Below are positions 36,871 through 48,035 of a stretch of 55,027 bases of DNA, one piece after another. The stretch's first letter is position 1; the number at the start of each line of letters is the position of its first letter. The stretch is taken from positions 1 to 55,027 of IMG/VR virus record IMGVR_UViG_3300020045_002782; one strand, given 5' to 3'. The notes under the pieces are model-generated. The model had not been told where the DNA came from. It saw nothing but the letters and a program-made list of their open reading frames with translations, and did no database searches. This DNA comes from a virus. Lineage: Duplodnaviria; Caudoviricetes. The position numbers and the translations under genes were made by a program.

Positions 36871-38346
36871 ATGGCTGAAATTACAAAATTTAACGAGAAG
36901 AATGTAGCCTTATTCGGGGTTATTGAATCTGTTCCAGGTACTTATCAAGCGCCTATTGCAAGTGATGTTATTGCTGCAACAACTTTAACAGGTTCTGTAA
37001 CTTATGAAACAGGTTCATATCAATACTTAGGTGATTCTTTATCAAGGGATGAAGTCTCTTATCAAAAAGATAGTTATGCTGATGTATCTGTTGAAACTCC
37101 ACAGCAAGTGCTTGTTACACTAAATCCAGCTCTTGCTGCTAGTGCTGCACCATTATCTACATGGTTACAAGCTTGTGGTGCTGCTGTATCTGTGAACGGT
37201 TCTACTGGAGCTGTAACATATACAAATGCTACTGTAAACGATTCTAAAGTTTCTATTGACTATAGAAAAACATCTTCACAAGATGCAGTTACCCAGAAAT
37301 TAACTCGATTCTATGCATGTCAAGGTTCTGTAGACATTTCAGTAGACCTTGGTGATGTAGCTAAATTAAAATTTGCATTTAAAGGTAATGCGTATAATCC
37401 TATACAGGATGATATTCTTACTCCTGACTTACAAACTCAAACATCTTCTGTTTGTGCTACAGTACGTCAAAGTACAATTGTACTTGCAGAGATTGTACCA
37501 TTCGGTGAAGTATTCACAGCACAAGCTGCTCTTTCTGGAACTGTAACAACCATTACTCGTACTGGAACAGTTGCAACAGTAACTATGTCTGTAGCACATG
37601 GGTTGACAACAGGTAGAAGAGTTAATATTTCTGGTGCAAGTGACCAATTGTATAACGGTGACTTCTTAGTAGCTGTTACTTCAGCAACTACATTTACATA
37701 TATTATGGCTTCTACTCCTGCGGCCAATGCTACTGGTACTTTAGTAGCAAAAGCTGGTGGATATAAGAAAGTATTCTGTTTTAACAAGCTTTCAGCTTCT
37801 AACTTCTTCGGCTTCGATTATCAAAGATACTTAACAGGTTGCGAAGAAGGCTTCGGTAAAGGTGCTGTACCAACTGATGTTGCTGTAACAATGTTAGAAG
37901 ATAAAGCTACTCAGTTCAGTATTAATGGTATTACTTTTAGTACAACTACAGCAACAGTAACTGCTCCTGGACATGGTATGTCAAATGGTCAGTATGTTAC
38001 AGTATCTGGTGCAACTGGTGTAGACGCTTCTATATACAATGGAACATATGTTGTAGCTGGTGTAACTGCGAATACTTTTACGTATACAATGTTATCTACA
38101 CCTGCTGGTATTGCTACAGGATATATCATTGGTGCAAATAATAACTTGAATCAATTTGATCCTGATGCTAACATAAGTGGATTCTTTGCAGCTCAAGTTA
38201 AATTTGGCACAGGCCCAGGTCGTTATGTAACATACAAATGGGATAAATTACAACTTTCTGATGTAAAAGAAGGTAAAGTTGCTAACTTGTTCGCAAGGGA
38301 TGTTACTTTCAGAAATACCTCTAAGAGCTACATCATTTTAGAATAA
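36871..38346 (+). CDS. tail tube protein with two inserted ~65-aa beta domains
   Basis: IESVPGTY N-terminus, LQACG, KLKFAFKG; followed by terminator and chaperones. Confidence 0.8.
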   Translation: MAEITKFNEKNVALFGVIESVPGTYQAPIASDVIAATTLTGSVTYETGSYQYLGDSLSRDEVSYQKDSYADVSVETPQQVLVTLNPALAASAAPLSTWLQACGAAVSVNGSTGAVTYTNATVNDSKVSIDYRKTSSQDAVTQKLTRFYACQGSVDISVDLGDVAKLKFAFKGNAYNPIQDDILTPDLQTQTSSVCATVRQSTIVLAEIVPFGEVFTAQAALSGTVTTITRTGTVATVTMSVAHGLTTGRRVNISGASDQLYNGDFLVAVTSATTFTYIMASTPAANATGTLVAKAGGYKKVFCFNKLSASNFFGFDYQRYLTGCEEGFGKGAVPTDVAVTMLEDKATQFSINGITFSTTTATVTAPGHGMSNGQYVTVSGATGVDASIYNGTYVVAGVTANTFTYTMLSTPAGIATGYIIGANNNLNQFDPDANISGFFAAQVKFGTGPGRYVTYKWDKLQLSDVKEGKVANLFARDVTFRNTSKSYIILE

Positions 38347-38358
38347 TCTTTTTAACAC

Positions 38359-38400
38359 GGCGTGGGGAGGTAAAGAAGATACTTTGCCCACGTTTTTTTT
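38359..38400 (+). terminator. intrinsic terminator after tube gene
   Basis: CGTGGG...CCCACG followed by T8. Confidence 0.75.
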
Positions 38401-38419
38401 ACTATTGAGGACATATAAC

Positions 38420-38893
38420 ATGGCACAAAAACTTTGTATTAAACTGCAAGCTCCAACTATTGAACTTAAAGTACAAGCTAAAGATGTAAGTGGAGCTAAA
38501 GACTCTATGCTTGTAGGTTTTAAACGGTACGAGATTAAAGAATCTCAAGAACGTATAGAGAAGTTACAAGAATTACTTAAAGCTACTGAAGGTACTGTTT
38601 CTAACGATCCTTCTATGATAGCTCTTGATAATTATGTTAAGAGTGAGATCGTATATCTTAAAAATGTTAATCTTGACCTGGTAGATGAAGCAACTGGTAA
38701 ATCAAATGCTCTATCTATACAAGATACAAGATCAGCAAAACCAAACGATAGTCTCTGGGGATCAGCCGATGAATGTCTAGTCGTCCTCCTAGATCTTTAT
38801 CTATCTTCCGCACCCTGGAGGCTATCCCTAATACTTGCTGCACAGAAAGCATTATTCAATGCTGACTATAGCGAGGAAGCAGCAAAAAACTAA
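38420..38893 (+). CDS. tail assembly chaperone (G-like)
   Basis: GAGG RBS; ends EAAKN on a slippery site. Confidence 0.8.
   Translation: MAQKLCIKLQAPTIELKVQAKDVSGAKDSMLVGFKRYEIKESQERIEKLQELLKATEGTVSNDPSMIALDNYVKSEIVYLKNVNLDLVDEATGKSNALSIQDTRSAKPNDSLWGSADECLVVLLDLYLSSAPWRLSLILAAQKALFNADYSEEAAKN
38884..38890 (+). other. -1 programmed ribosomal frameshift heptamer A AAA AAC
   Basis: GCA AAA AAC TAA; downstream ORF is in the -1 frame. Confidence 0.8.
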
Positions 38894-39255
38894 TGGAAGC
38901 TGGGGAAACTCTGGCAAACGTAGTAGTATCTTCAACTAGTAGTGAAAAGGTAGAAGAAACTAAGAGTTTTGCAGAAGCTTTCCCTGGCTTATTCCAAGAA
39001 GAAGAGCTAGAAGAAGAATATATTGTCAACGATGATATATTCTATCTATGGAGTACATTAGAATCTATTTTCAAAGTATATAAGTGTGCTAGAAATTATT
39101 TAGATTATCATCTAGGACTTGATACAAATGTAATAATTGAGTTGACAAAAGCATATAATCTTGATATAATAGAAACACTTGAGAATATTCCATATATCCA
39201 CGCTGGGTATATTAAAGTTATACTAGAACATAGGAACCTAGAGAATGGCGGATAA
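38893..39255 (+). CDS. tail assembly chaperone extension (T-like)
   Basis: -1 frame relative to upstream gene; precedes tape measure. Confidence 0.75.
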   Translation: MEAGETLANVVVSSTSSEKVEETKSFAEAFPGLFQEEELEEEYIVNDDIFYLWSTLESIFKVYKCARNYLDYHLGLDTNVIIELTKAYNLDIIETLENIPYIHAGYIKVILEHRNLENGG

Positions 39256-42200
39256 GATTTTAAAGATAAAAATTGAATCTTCGCTTACTGGCGAACAGGC
39301 TTTAAAGTCTTATTCAGAGTTACTAGGTCAAACTAATGTAAGAGTTAAATCTCTTGGTTCTACTTTTCTAGGTAATGTTAAGGGGATAGATACCTATTCC
39401 CATTCACTTACTGTTGCAGCAGATAATCTAAAGAAGTTGCAGACTCTCTCTGCAACTGTTCTAACTGTTCCTGGAACTACTAAAGCAACACAAGGTAATA
39501 TTACTTCTAATGTTACCGCTCAGAATACTTCTGCATCAGCTTCTCTAGCAGCTCAACGTGAAGCTGAAAGAAAAGCTTTACAACGTATAGACGCTCAAAT
39601 TATCCAAGATGCTATAGACAATAAAAAACGTCTTGATGCAGCTAGAGCTGCAAGAACAAGTACGTATTTAGATACGTATAGAGAAGATTCAGCAAAACTT
39701 CTATCCCAGTTAGACAATGATCTTGCTTTAGAACAGTCTAAAAGAATCAATGGCGCTAACCATATAAAAACTATAGAGCTTCGTTCTGCACAAGAACAAG
39801 CTGCTATACGTAGAAGCTTAGCTGCAACATTAGCACAAATAGATCAAACAATCTCTACAGGTAGTGTTACTACTCGTGGGCCTGCGCTTGTTCAAAGATC
39901 TGCTGCTATAGCTCAAGCTCAGCAACGTATACAAGAAAATCAAATAGCTTTAGAGCGTGCACAAAATTCTGCAAGAAACGTAGCTTCTTTAAATGCTGAG
40001 GCTGCTGCTACTAGAAGAGCTTCAGAACAACACCAATCTTTAGCAGTACGAGTTCTTGAAGTATTCTCTGCATATAAATTACTCAACACAGCGCTAGGAT
40101 TAACTAAACAAGCATTGCTTAATATACCTCAAGCAGGTATTGAACAACAGATTACTAAATCATCTATTCTTGGTATCTTTGGGACTGAGGAAGGTACAAA
40201 GAATTTACAATTTCTTGTAGATATATCTCAGACAGCGGGGCAAAACTTACTTACTCTTGAACAGAGTTATAGAAGATACGCACCTGCTGCTGCTTTGGCT
40301 GGCGCTGCACAAGATGATATTAATAAGTCATTCAAGGACTTCACAGAAGTTGGTACAATCTTACATCTAACAGAGGATAAGGTAAATTCTTTATTCCTTG
40401 CGTTAGATCAGATATATTCAAAAGGTGTTGTACAATCTGAAGAAATAAAGAAACAGTTAGGTAACGTATTACCTGGTGCTGTAGAAATTGGTGCTAAAGC
40501 TTTTGGTGCAACACCAGCAGCATTCCTTGCAGCTATGAAAAAAAATGAAGTTATAGCTAAAGACTTCATTCCAAAGTTTGCTGCATTATATAGAAAAATC
40601 TTTGGTGGTGAAGATGATAAGGTATTTACCTTAGTCTCTGACCAATTGTTATCAAATACACAACGTGTTGCTAACCAATATACACAACTGAATAGGCAAC
40701 TATTCAAGAGTTCGGAAGAACTCCTTAATAACATCGTTAGGGCTACAGGTGATGCACTTAAAGCCATAAATGAGAACCTCTCCACTATACTTCAAGTAGC
40801 AGGTGCTCTTGCTGGAGTATTAGCATTAAGGCTTACAGTTGCTCTTGCATCTATGGCTACCAGTGCTCTAGCCACAGCTACTGCTAACTTTACTCTTGCT
40901 GGTAGTTATACAGCTATAAGTTATGCTCAAGGCAGAGTTGTTCAAGGTGCTGTTGTTACAGGTACTATAGGCGCTCAACTTGCTGCTATAGTTTCTGGGT
41001 TTGCTTCTATTGTAGGGCCAACGACTCTTATAGTTGGAAGTCTTGGCCTTATTAGTGCAGCTGTACTTAAAGCCGGTAGTGCTACAGTAGAACATGCAAG
41101 ACTTGTTGGTGAAACTAAACAACGTGTAGATGAGTTAATGAAGCTTTATTCTTCCGGAGGTATAGTTCAACAAGAAGCTGCTGCTAATGAACTTGCAGCT
41201 CTTGCTAGGATACAAGATGCTTCTGAGAGCTACCTATTAGAATTCAAAGGACAACAGATTGAAATAAGCTCTCTACTAGAAGCTCTATGGGATAATATTA
41301 AAATATCTGGTAAAGCTGTATGGACAAGTTTTACAGATGGTGCAAAAGAACTATATAATAAAATAGCTAATATTGCATCTACAGTAGCTAATGCTGTTCA
41401 AGCAATGGCAAACACTGTTAAAGATATATTTACAGGGCTTATTTCAAATATATATGGTCAGTTAAATGGTCTTAGGGAAGCTATTACCTCTCTAGGTAAG
41501 GATGCTTTATCTTTAAATTTTGGTGGAAGTGTAGAACGTGCTTTAGCTGCTGGAAGTAAAGCTAATGAAGCTTATAAGAAATCTGCTAGTGATTTCTTTG
41601 ATACTATCAGTAAAGGTGGTTCAGAAGTAGCAAAGAATATTATAAGTGGCGCAACAGCTCCTATAAATGGTTTAGTCTCTTCTCTGGGAAAGACTGCATC
41701 AGGTACTATAGATGAAATATTCAACAAAGCTTCTAAAATTCAAAAGGAAAAAACAGATAAGAAACTTGCTATAGATAAAGCGAGCTTTACTAAACCTACA
41801 GATATAGGTATAGGAAATCTTACAGAGAATGCTCCAGATGCTGCGACTAAAGCTCTTGGAAAGTCAACGAAAGCACAGAAAGACCTATATAAAGACCTCG
41901 AAAGAGATTCTAAGTTTGCTTCTGAAGCTATTAAACAAGATTTAGATGCACAAGCTTTTGCTTATAGTCAAAATGTAATTGGTATAGAGGAATACTATGC
42001 CAAGAAAACAGAACTTCGTGAAAGAGATTTAGCTCAACAAGTTGAAACTGCTGAGAAAGAAATAGCTATAGCTGCTAAAGCAGGTGATGCAAGTAAAGTA
42101 GAAGCTCTAAAGGATAAGATTAAAGAACTTACTCAAATTACAGCAAGTAATGAAGGTACTTCTGATAATAGAGCAAAGATCATTGATCTACAGAATTATA

Positions 42201-43411
42201 AAAAAGTTCTTGACGAGATAAAGGCTTCTAGTCTTGAAGCACAAGGTGATTTACTTGGTGCATCTACTATAAGGATAGATTTAAAATACCTAGAAGATGA
42301 GAAGAAACTTCTAGCTAATAAAAGCTTTGAAGCACTTACGCAATTGCGTATATCTAAAGATTATGAGAAGTCTAAAGGACTTATTGCAGCTTTACAAGAT
42401 AAAGAAACTAAAGCAGCTACTGCCTTAGCTAATGCTGAAACAGGTATTAATACTCGTAGACAAGCAGGTCTTATATCCCAAGTTGAAGCTTTTGCAAGAC
42501 TTAAAACTCTAAGAGAGACTTATTTAAAGACGGAAGATGATGTAATAGGGGCTTTAGAAAAAGAACTTGTAAAGAATAAAGATAATCTTGCCATAGTTAG
42601 AGCTATTACAGAAGAACTTGATAAACAAAAAGCTAAAAGAGATGCTATTAAGTATGAAGGAGCAGGTTATAATAATAACATTGTTAATAATGCACCTGAG
42701 CGGGAAGGGTATGATGCTGAGAGAGTTAAGATAAAACAAAGTAAAGACTCCGATACAGCTTTTGCTCAAGATACTATAGCTAATAAAATTGATTTACAAG
42801 CAGCTCTTCTTAAAATAGAAGATGATTATAGAACTGCGTCATTACTGAATGATGCAGCATATAACCAAGCCAAGTTTGCAATAGCCTCTGATACAGCATT
42901 AGGTCTTACAGGTATACTTGTTAAAATGTATGGACGACAAAGTGCAGCAGCTAGAGCAGCTTTTATTCTATACAAAGCATATAAAGTAGCTGAGATAACT
43001 TTAGCAACTCCTGGTATAGTTTCACAAGCCTATAATAGAGGTATTGAAATACCTTATCTTGGCCCTGTACTTGGCCCTGTATTTGCAGCTGCAGCAGCAG
43101 CTTATCAAGCAGCTCAAATAGCACAAGTAGTGTCAGCACCTATGCCAGCAGCTCATGGTGGTCTCACCTCTGTACCTAAAGAACAAACATACTTATTAGA
43201 TAAAGGAGAACGTGTACTCTCACCTAATCAGAATAGGGATCTTACACAGTATATTTCAAACAATACTACTACTAACAATAATGGTAAAGGTGGAGCAAGT
43301 TCTCAAAACATTCGTATAATTAACTCAGTTGATCCAGAAGTATTTTCTGAATACCTAGGCTCAGATAGCGGTGAAAAAATAGTTATGAACATAGTTCGAA
43401 GGAATAAATAA
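39245..43411 (+). CDS. tape measure protein
   Basis: 1388 aa, Ala-rich helical; QIYSKGVVQSEEIKKQLG; AHGG..VP..LLDKGERVL. Confidence 0.93.
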   Translation: MADKILKIKIESSLTGEQALKSYSELLGQTNVRVKSLGSTFLGNVKGIDTYSHSLTVAADNLKKLQTLSATVLTVPGTTKATQGNITSNVTAQNTSASASLAAQREAERKALQRIDAQIIQDAIDNKKRLDAARAARTSTYLDTYREDSAKLLSQLDNDLALEQSKRINGANHIKTIELRSAQEQAAIRRSLAATLAQIDQTISTGSVTTRGPALVQRSAAIAQAQQRIQENQIALERAQNSARNVASLNAEAAATRRASEQHQSLAVRVLEVFSAYKLLNTALGLTKQALLNIPQAGIEQQITKSSILGIFGTEEGTKNLQFLVDISQTAGQNLLTLEQSYRRYAPAAALAGAAQDDINKSFKDFTEVGTILHLTEDKVNSLFLALDQIYSKGVVQSEEIKKQLGNVLPGAVEIGAKAFGATPAAFLAAMKKNEVIAKDFIPKFAALYRKIFGGEDDKVFTLVSDQLLSNTQRVANQYTQLNRQLFKSSEELLNNIVRATGDALKAINENLSTILQVAGALAGVLALRLTVALASMATSALATATANFTLAGSYTAISYAQGRVVQGAVVTGTIGAQLAAIVSGFASIVGPTTLIVGSLGLISAAVLKAGSATVEHARLVGETKQRVDELMKLYSSGGIVQQEAAANELAALARIQDASESYLLEFKGQQIEISSLLEALWDNIKISGKAVWTSFTDGAKELYNKIANIASTVANAVQAMANTVKDIFTGLISNIYGQLNGLREAITSLGKDALSLNFGGSVERALAAGSKANEAYKKSASDFFDTISKGGSEVAKNIISGATAPINGLVSSLGKTASGTIDEIFNKASKIQKEKTDKKLAIDKASFTKPTDIGIGNLTENAPDAATKALGKSTKAQKDLYKDLERDSKFASEAIKQDLDAQAFAYSQNVIGIEEYYAKKTELRERDLAQQVETAEKEIAIAAKAGDASKVEALKDKIKELTQITASNEGTSDNRAKIIDLQNYKKVLDEIKASSLEAQGDLLGASTIRIDLKYLEDEKKLLANKSFEALTQLRISKDYEKSKGLIAALQDKETKAATALANAETGINTRRQAGLISQVEAFARLKTLRETYLKTEDDVIGALEKELVKNKDNLAIVRAITEELDKQKAKRDAIKYEGAGYNNNIVNNAPEREGYDAERVKIKQSKDSDTAFAQDTIANKIDLQAALLKIEDDYRTASLLNDAAYNQAKFAIASDTALGLTGILVKMYGRQSAAARAAFILYKAYKVAEITLATPGIVSQAYNRGIEIPYLGPVLGPVFAAAAAAYQAAQIAQVVSAPMPAAHGGLTSVPKEQTYLLDKGERVLSPNQNRDLTQYISNNTTTNNNGKGGASSQNIRIINSVDPEVFSEYLGSDSGEKIVMNIVRRNK

Positions 43412-44469
43412 TGGCTTATGAAATAGGAACAGCTCAGGGTCATTACGACCTATTGACAAAGTTAAGAGTCTTTCTTGAAGCAACTCTTCCAGTAGGTGCA
43501 AGATGGGTTCCACAAGTAGCACAAACACAATCTGTTGGGACTGTTAGTTCTATAACACGTAGTGGTACAACTGCTACTGCAACCATAGCTACAGCACATG
43601 GGTTACAAAGCGCTGAAAGTGTTGTTATAGCAGGGGCTAGTGACTCTTTATATAATGGTACCTTTAATATAACTGTTACCTCTACCACTACCTTTACATA
43701 TACCATGAGTGGTACACCAGCAGCTAATGCTAGTGGAACACTTACAGCAGGTAGAAACTATAGTGTTATATGGCTAGCACCTGGACTTTCTGGGACAGAT
43801 CAAATATATACTGGTATAGAAACATATGAATCTATACCTTCGGATTACTATAACTTTAAAGTTTCTACTTTTACAGGATATGTTCCAGGCAATAGTTTTG
43901 AAACTCAGCCTGGGAAACCTAGTTCTAAAGGAGTACCTCTATGGAATCAGGCTATTCCTTACTGGTTTGTAGGAAATGCTCAAAGAGTTATAGTATTTGC
44001 CAAAATTCAAAATAACTATAACTCGTTATATCTTGGTAAATATTTTCCATATGCTACACCTGGGCAATACCCATATCCAGTATGTGCTGGCGGTATGTTA
44101 ACAACTGCCTCAGCTACTAGATATAGTGATACATCCTACACTTCATGGTGGAAAGGAGGTTCAGCAGTTCTAGGTATAAGATTTGTAGACGGCTCTTATA
44201 AAAGCCCAGTAGCTCAAGCGTATTACTCTGCAAGAATTCTTAGGAACACAATATCCTCTAGTGGAACAGCAGCAGGATATTATGGCTTACATCCTTTAAT
44301 TCTTTCAGAACCTACTAATGTTTTTGGAGAACTTGATGGGGTATTTCAAATATCTGGATTCGATAATGCAGTAGAAAATACTATAGTTGTGGGTGGAGTT
44401 ACTTACGTAGTCTTACGTGATGTAACTAGAACAGGTTTAACAGATTACGTAGCATTAAAGTTGGCATAA
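43411..44469 (+). CDS. virion tail protein with inserted ~65-aa beta domain
   Basis: MAYEIGTA, YLG..PYATPGQYPYP, GELDGV..AVEN; resembles tail genes of D3112/YuA/Chi-type siphoviruses. Confidence 0.75.
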   Translation: MAYEIGTAQGHYDLLTKLRVFLEATLPVGARWVPQVAQTQSVGTVSSITRSGTTATATIATAHGLQSAESVVIAGASDSLYNGTFNITVTSTTTFTYTMSGTPAANASGTLTAGRNYSVIWLAPGLSGTDQIYTGIETYESIPSDYYNFKVSTFTGYVPGNSFETQPGKPSSKGVPLWNQAIPYWFVGNAQRVIVFAKIQNNYNSLYLGKYFPYATPGQYPYPVCAGGMLTTASATRYSDTSYTSWWKGGSAVLGIRFVDGSYKSPVAQAYYSARILRNTISSSGTAAGYYGLHPLILSEPTNVFGELDGVFQISGFDNAVENTIVVGGVTYVVLRDVTRTGLTDYVALKLA

Positions 44470-44470
44470 T

Positions 44471-45631
44471 ATGGCATATCAAACAGGTACAGCAACAACA
44501 AACGAAGCATTAAAAACTATACTTTTAAATTTTGCTACATCTAATGGATGGACTCTAACCGGCGGTACTAATGGGTGGTTATCCAAAGGACAATCTTTTG
44601 TAAGTATTGGTGGGTACACGCAAGTTATTGCCTCTATAACCAGGGCATCTACAGTTGCAACAGTAACTACAATTGGTTTTCATGGATTATCTACAGCTAA
44701 TACTATCACAATTCGTGGGGCTACAGACTCTTTATACAATGGTACATTTGCTATAACAAGTGTGCCTACATCTAGTACATTTACATATACAATGTCAGGA
44801 ACACCTGCTGCAAATGCAACCTTGACTAATAGTTATCTATCAGCAGACACTTCTGGTGGAGCAGACCATTTAACTTTATGGGGTGCAACAGGTAATGGTG
44901 TTAATATTAACCCAAATATAAGATTAATGAATATACCTATTGCTAAGTGGCCTTTAACGTATTATTTATTCTATAGCTCTAATCCTGATCAAATAATGCT
45001 TGTAGTTAACTATGATGTGAATAAAATTCAATATCTAGTTTTCGGAGATATAGTAAAGGTACATAACTCAGCCTACACTGGAGGAAATTGGTTCTATGGG
45101 CCATATATATACGGTGGAGCTCCTTTAGGTATAGGAGCTATGAGTGAAGTAGAATTTAGATCAGGCCAAGGTTCTGGCGCAAGTGTACAAATAGAACCTT
45201 TTATACCTTTTACTGGTGCTGGGGAGTTAATATCACCTTCAGCAGGATCACACCCTATCCATATAGAAATAGATGGTCATGTATGGCCAAACGCTCAATC
45301 AGTTGGGGGTTATTACCATGTAAATGTAACAGATGAGACTATTAGGACTATGTACAGAAGTCCTAATACTTGGAACAATCAAGCTCACTTGGTAACTATG
45401 CATTTACAGTTTAGAGCAACAGATTTCTATATGTATCTAGGATACGTAGAGCATCTTAGATTTGTTCGAGTAACTAATTATAATATAGGAGATATTATCA
45501 CACTAGGTGCCGATAAATGGAAAGTCTTTCCTTGGGTATTTAAAAATACAGTTACACCTAATGGGCCTGGTGGTGTGGGAGAAACAACTAGTGGAACTAT
45601 TGGGTTCGCTGTAAGATATGATGGGCCATAA
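44471..45631 (+). CDS. virion tail protein with inserted ~65-aa beta domain
   Basis: MAYQTGTA, GDIITLGADKWKVFPW..SGTIGFAVRYDGP. Confidence 0.75.
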   Translation: MAYQTGTATTNEALKTILLNFATSNGWTLTGGTNGWLSKGQSFVSIGGYTQVIASITRASTVATVTTIGFHGLSTANTITIRGATDSLYNGTFAITSVPTSSTFTYTMSGTPAANATLTNSYLSADTSGGADHLTLWGATGNGVNINPNIRLMNIPIAKWPLTYYLFYSSNPDQIMLVVNYDVNKIQYLVFGDIVKVHNSAYTGGNWFYGPYIYGGAPLGIGAMSEVEFRSGQGSGASVQIEPFIPFTGAGELISPSAGSHPIHIEIDGHVWPNAQSVGGYYHVNVTDETIRTMYRSPNTWNNQAHLVTMHLQFRATDFYMYLGYVEHLRFVRVTNYNIGDIITLGADKWKVFPWVFKNTVTPNGPGGVGETTSGTIGFAVRYDGP

Positions 45632-45633
45632 CT

Positions 45634-47307
45634 ATGTCTACACTTTTAGGAGGTATAGACTTAGCTCTATTAAATAAAGTTACATATGATACCTATAATC
45701 TATCTGATAATGTTGATTCATTTACAGTAGACTACTGGTTTCCATATGCTTCCGACTGCCCGAAGGCATTAGTAAATTTTACATATAACTTAACCACGTT
45801 AGGCACACCTACCTACAGTTTTGCTCTAACTGGTGGCAGTATAGCACATATGTATTTCTATGATTTCTACAATAGAATACATTCAACTATAACACAATTA
45901 TCTCTAGGTAATGTTCTATCAGAACAAACATTTGCCATAGAGATATGGAATGCTTTTCTAATAGATTCTATCTTAACAGATGTTTTAACAACTAATCTTG
46001 ATGGTATAAATTTAGACCTACCAATAACATTACCACAAACTTTTACACCATTGCAAAGTATTTCTGGTACAATATCAGTAAGTTCAACTGGTATAGCCAC
46101 CATAGATGGATCATTTGATTTAATATTCTCTACTCAAGTTCTTTCTATAGATGTATCAGGACAACGTGTTGTTCTTTGGCCTTTTGCACCACAGACTAAT
46201 ATACTAGAGTCTAGGAAATGGCTTACAGACGTAATACCAAGTAAAGCAGGTGAGCAAAGGTTGTCTTTACGAGAAATTCCTAGACTTCTCTTAGGGTATA
46301 CTTATAAATTCAGAGAACAAAAAGAATATAGTCTCGCAACAAGTTTAGCTAAAACTATTGCTCATATAGCAGCGGCTACACCTCTATGGACAGATATAGT
46401 TAAAGTAAATAACCTTGTTATTGGGCAAACTGTTATAAATGTAAATACTTCCTATATGGAGTTATACCCAGATAGTCTTATAGTTATATGGGAAAATTAC
46501 TATACCTATGAGATAAAAGAGATCTTATCAATGACTGCAAGCAGCATTACTCTAAAAGTAGCATTGGGTTCGAATCATGCAAATGCAGTTCTAATGCCTG
46601 TACGTATAGGATACCTTGGTAAAGGTATAGATTTAGTTCGTGGAACTAGCCATAAAATTGAATCAGGTATAACTTTCGAAGTAGTAGATACATATGTATC
46701 TCCTGTATGGAATTATACAGAAACTTATCAAAGCTTACCAGTCTACACTGATAGGTTGACTCTTTTAGATAGTTTAAATGAAAGAATATCTAGGGATATG
46801 TCTACAATAGATACAGATACAGGTAGACAGATTCAATTAAACCAAGAAGATTATACAAGATATAATAAAGTCATGGAGTTTATATCTAATTCAAGAAAAG
46901 ATTTATATACTTTTCGTAGATTTTTCGATTTTCTCCAAGGAAAATTTACAATGTTTTGGCTTCCTAGTGGAAATTATGATATAATCCCCACAACGTCAAC
47001 ATTAACATCAGGAAGTTCAACTATAGTTGTGGTAAGTAACAACTTATCAACCTATAACCAAAAGTATATAAGAGTATCTGGAAATATAATAGCATACTTC
47101 GAAATACTAAATGTTTCAGATAATCTTGATGGGACAGAGACTATAGCTATAACCCCTTCAGTTGGGACAACTGTAAGCAATATAACAAAAATAGAATATA
47201 TGCAAAAAATCAGACTTGATACAGACTCTATAGAATTTGCACATAGTTTTGCTAAAGGTGATTCTCCTGTAACCACTATAAGAACACCTGTAATAGAGGT
47301 ACTTTAA
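45634..47307 (+). CDS. virion tail protein
   Basis: DFYNRIH, EIWNAF, WLTDVI..GEQRLSLR, FWLPS, RLDTD.IEF.H. Confidence 0.75.
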   Translation: MSTLLGGIDLALLNKVTYDTYNLSDNVDSFTVDYWFPYASDCPKALVNFTYNLTTLGTPTYSFALTGGSIAHMYFYDFYNRIHSTITQLSLGNVLSEQTFAIEIWNAFLIDSILTDVLTTNLDGINLDLPITLPQTFTPLQSISGTISVSSTGIATIDGSFDLIFSTQVLSIDVSGQRVVLWPFAPQTNILESRKWLTDVIPSKAGEQRLSLREIPRLLLGYTYKFREQKEYSLATSLAKTIAHIAAATPLWTDIVKVNNLVIGQTVINVNTSYMELYPDSLIVIWENYYTYEIKEILSMTASSITLKVALGSNHANAVLMPVRIGYLGKGIDLVRGTSHKIESGITFEVVDTYVSPVWNYTETYQSLPVYTDRLTLLDSLNERISRDMSTIDTDTGRQIQLNQEDYTRYNKVMEFISNSRKDLYTFRRFFDFLQGKFTMFWLPSGNYDIIPTTSTLTSGSSTIVVVSNNLSTYNQKYIRVSGNIIAYFEILNVSDNLDGTETIAITPSVGTTVSNITKIEYMQKIRLDTDSIEFAHSFAKGDSPVTTIRTPVIEVL

Positions 47308-48035
47308 TGAGTGAATTATATCTATTTGAGAATAACAATACGTATAGGGGCTTTACCCCTACTGTATTTAGTAAAATACACTTAGGCATTACATACGTAC
47401 CAACTATTATAATCCGAAGTGGTATGAACATTATAGATAACTTTGCGAAGTCTCCTGTAAACTTTAGGTTTGATAGAACCCATAGTTATGCTAGAGAGTT
47501 ATTGCTAAACCTTCCAGAGACTCCTATAAGTGTTACTATCTATAGGAACTCTTTACCCTATTGGAAAGGGACTGTTCTTGAAGTTAAAGCTAACCCTTTA
47601 ACTATAGAAGTATCTTGTGATTCTTTGTATACAACTTTACAAAAAGGTGGGCTTCCTGTAAGGACTAGTCTACTTTGTAGGCATACGTTGTATGGTGCAG
47701 ATTGTGGAGTTATTAAAGAATCTTATAAAACCTCTGCTAGCGTTATAGGACTTTCTGGAAGATCATTCAGTGTAGCTAGTATTTCAAATCCAGATGGTTA
47801 CTTTAGTAGAGGTATGGCAGAGATAAATGGTCAAACTCGTTCTATCTTGGAACAAATAGGGCAAAGTATTCTTTTATCTTCACCTTTTGTAGGTGTTCAA
47901 AGTGGAACACTTAACTTATACCCAGGATGTGATCTTACACAGGCTAATTGTATTACATTTAACAATCTTAAACGTATGGGAGCAGAACCTTACTTAGCTC
48001 CTGTAAATCCTTTCTCATCTACTGGAGCTTTATAA
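47307..48035 (+). CDS. tail protein, DUF2163/BR0599-like
   Basis: CRHTLYGADCG, LYPGCD....C..FNN, P.NPF. Confidence 0.8.
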   Translation: MSELYLFENNNTYRGFTPTVFSKIHLGITYVPTIIIRSGMNIIDNFAKSPVNFRFDRTHSYARELLLNLPETPISVTIYRNSLPYWKGTVLEVKANPLTIEVSCDSLYTTLQKGGLPVRTSLLCRHTLYGADCGVIKESYKTSASVIGLSGRSFSVASISNPDGYFSRGMAEINGQTRSILEQIGQSILLSSPFVGVQSGTLNLYPGCDLTQANCITFNNLKRMGAEPYLAPVNPFSSTGAL

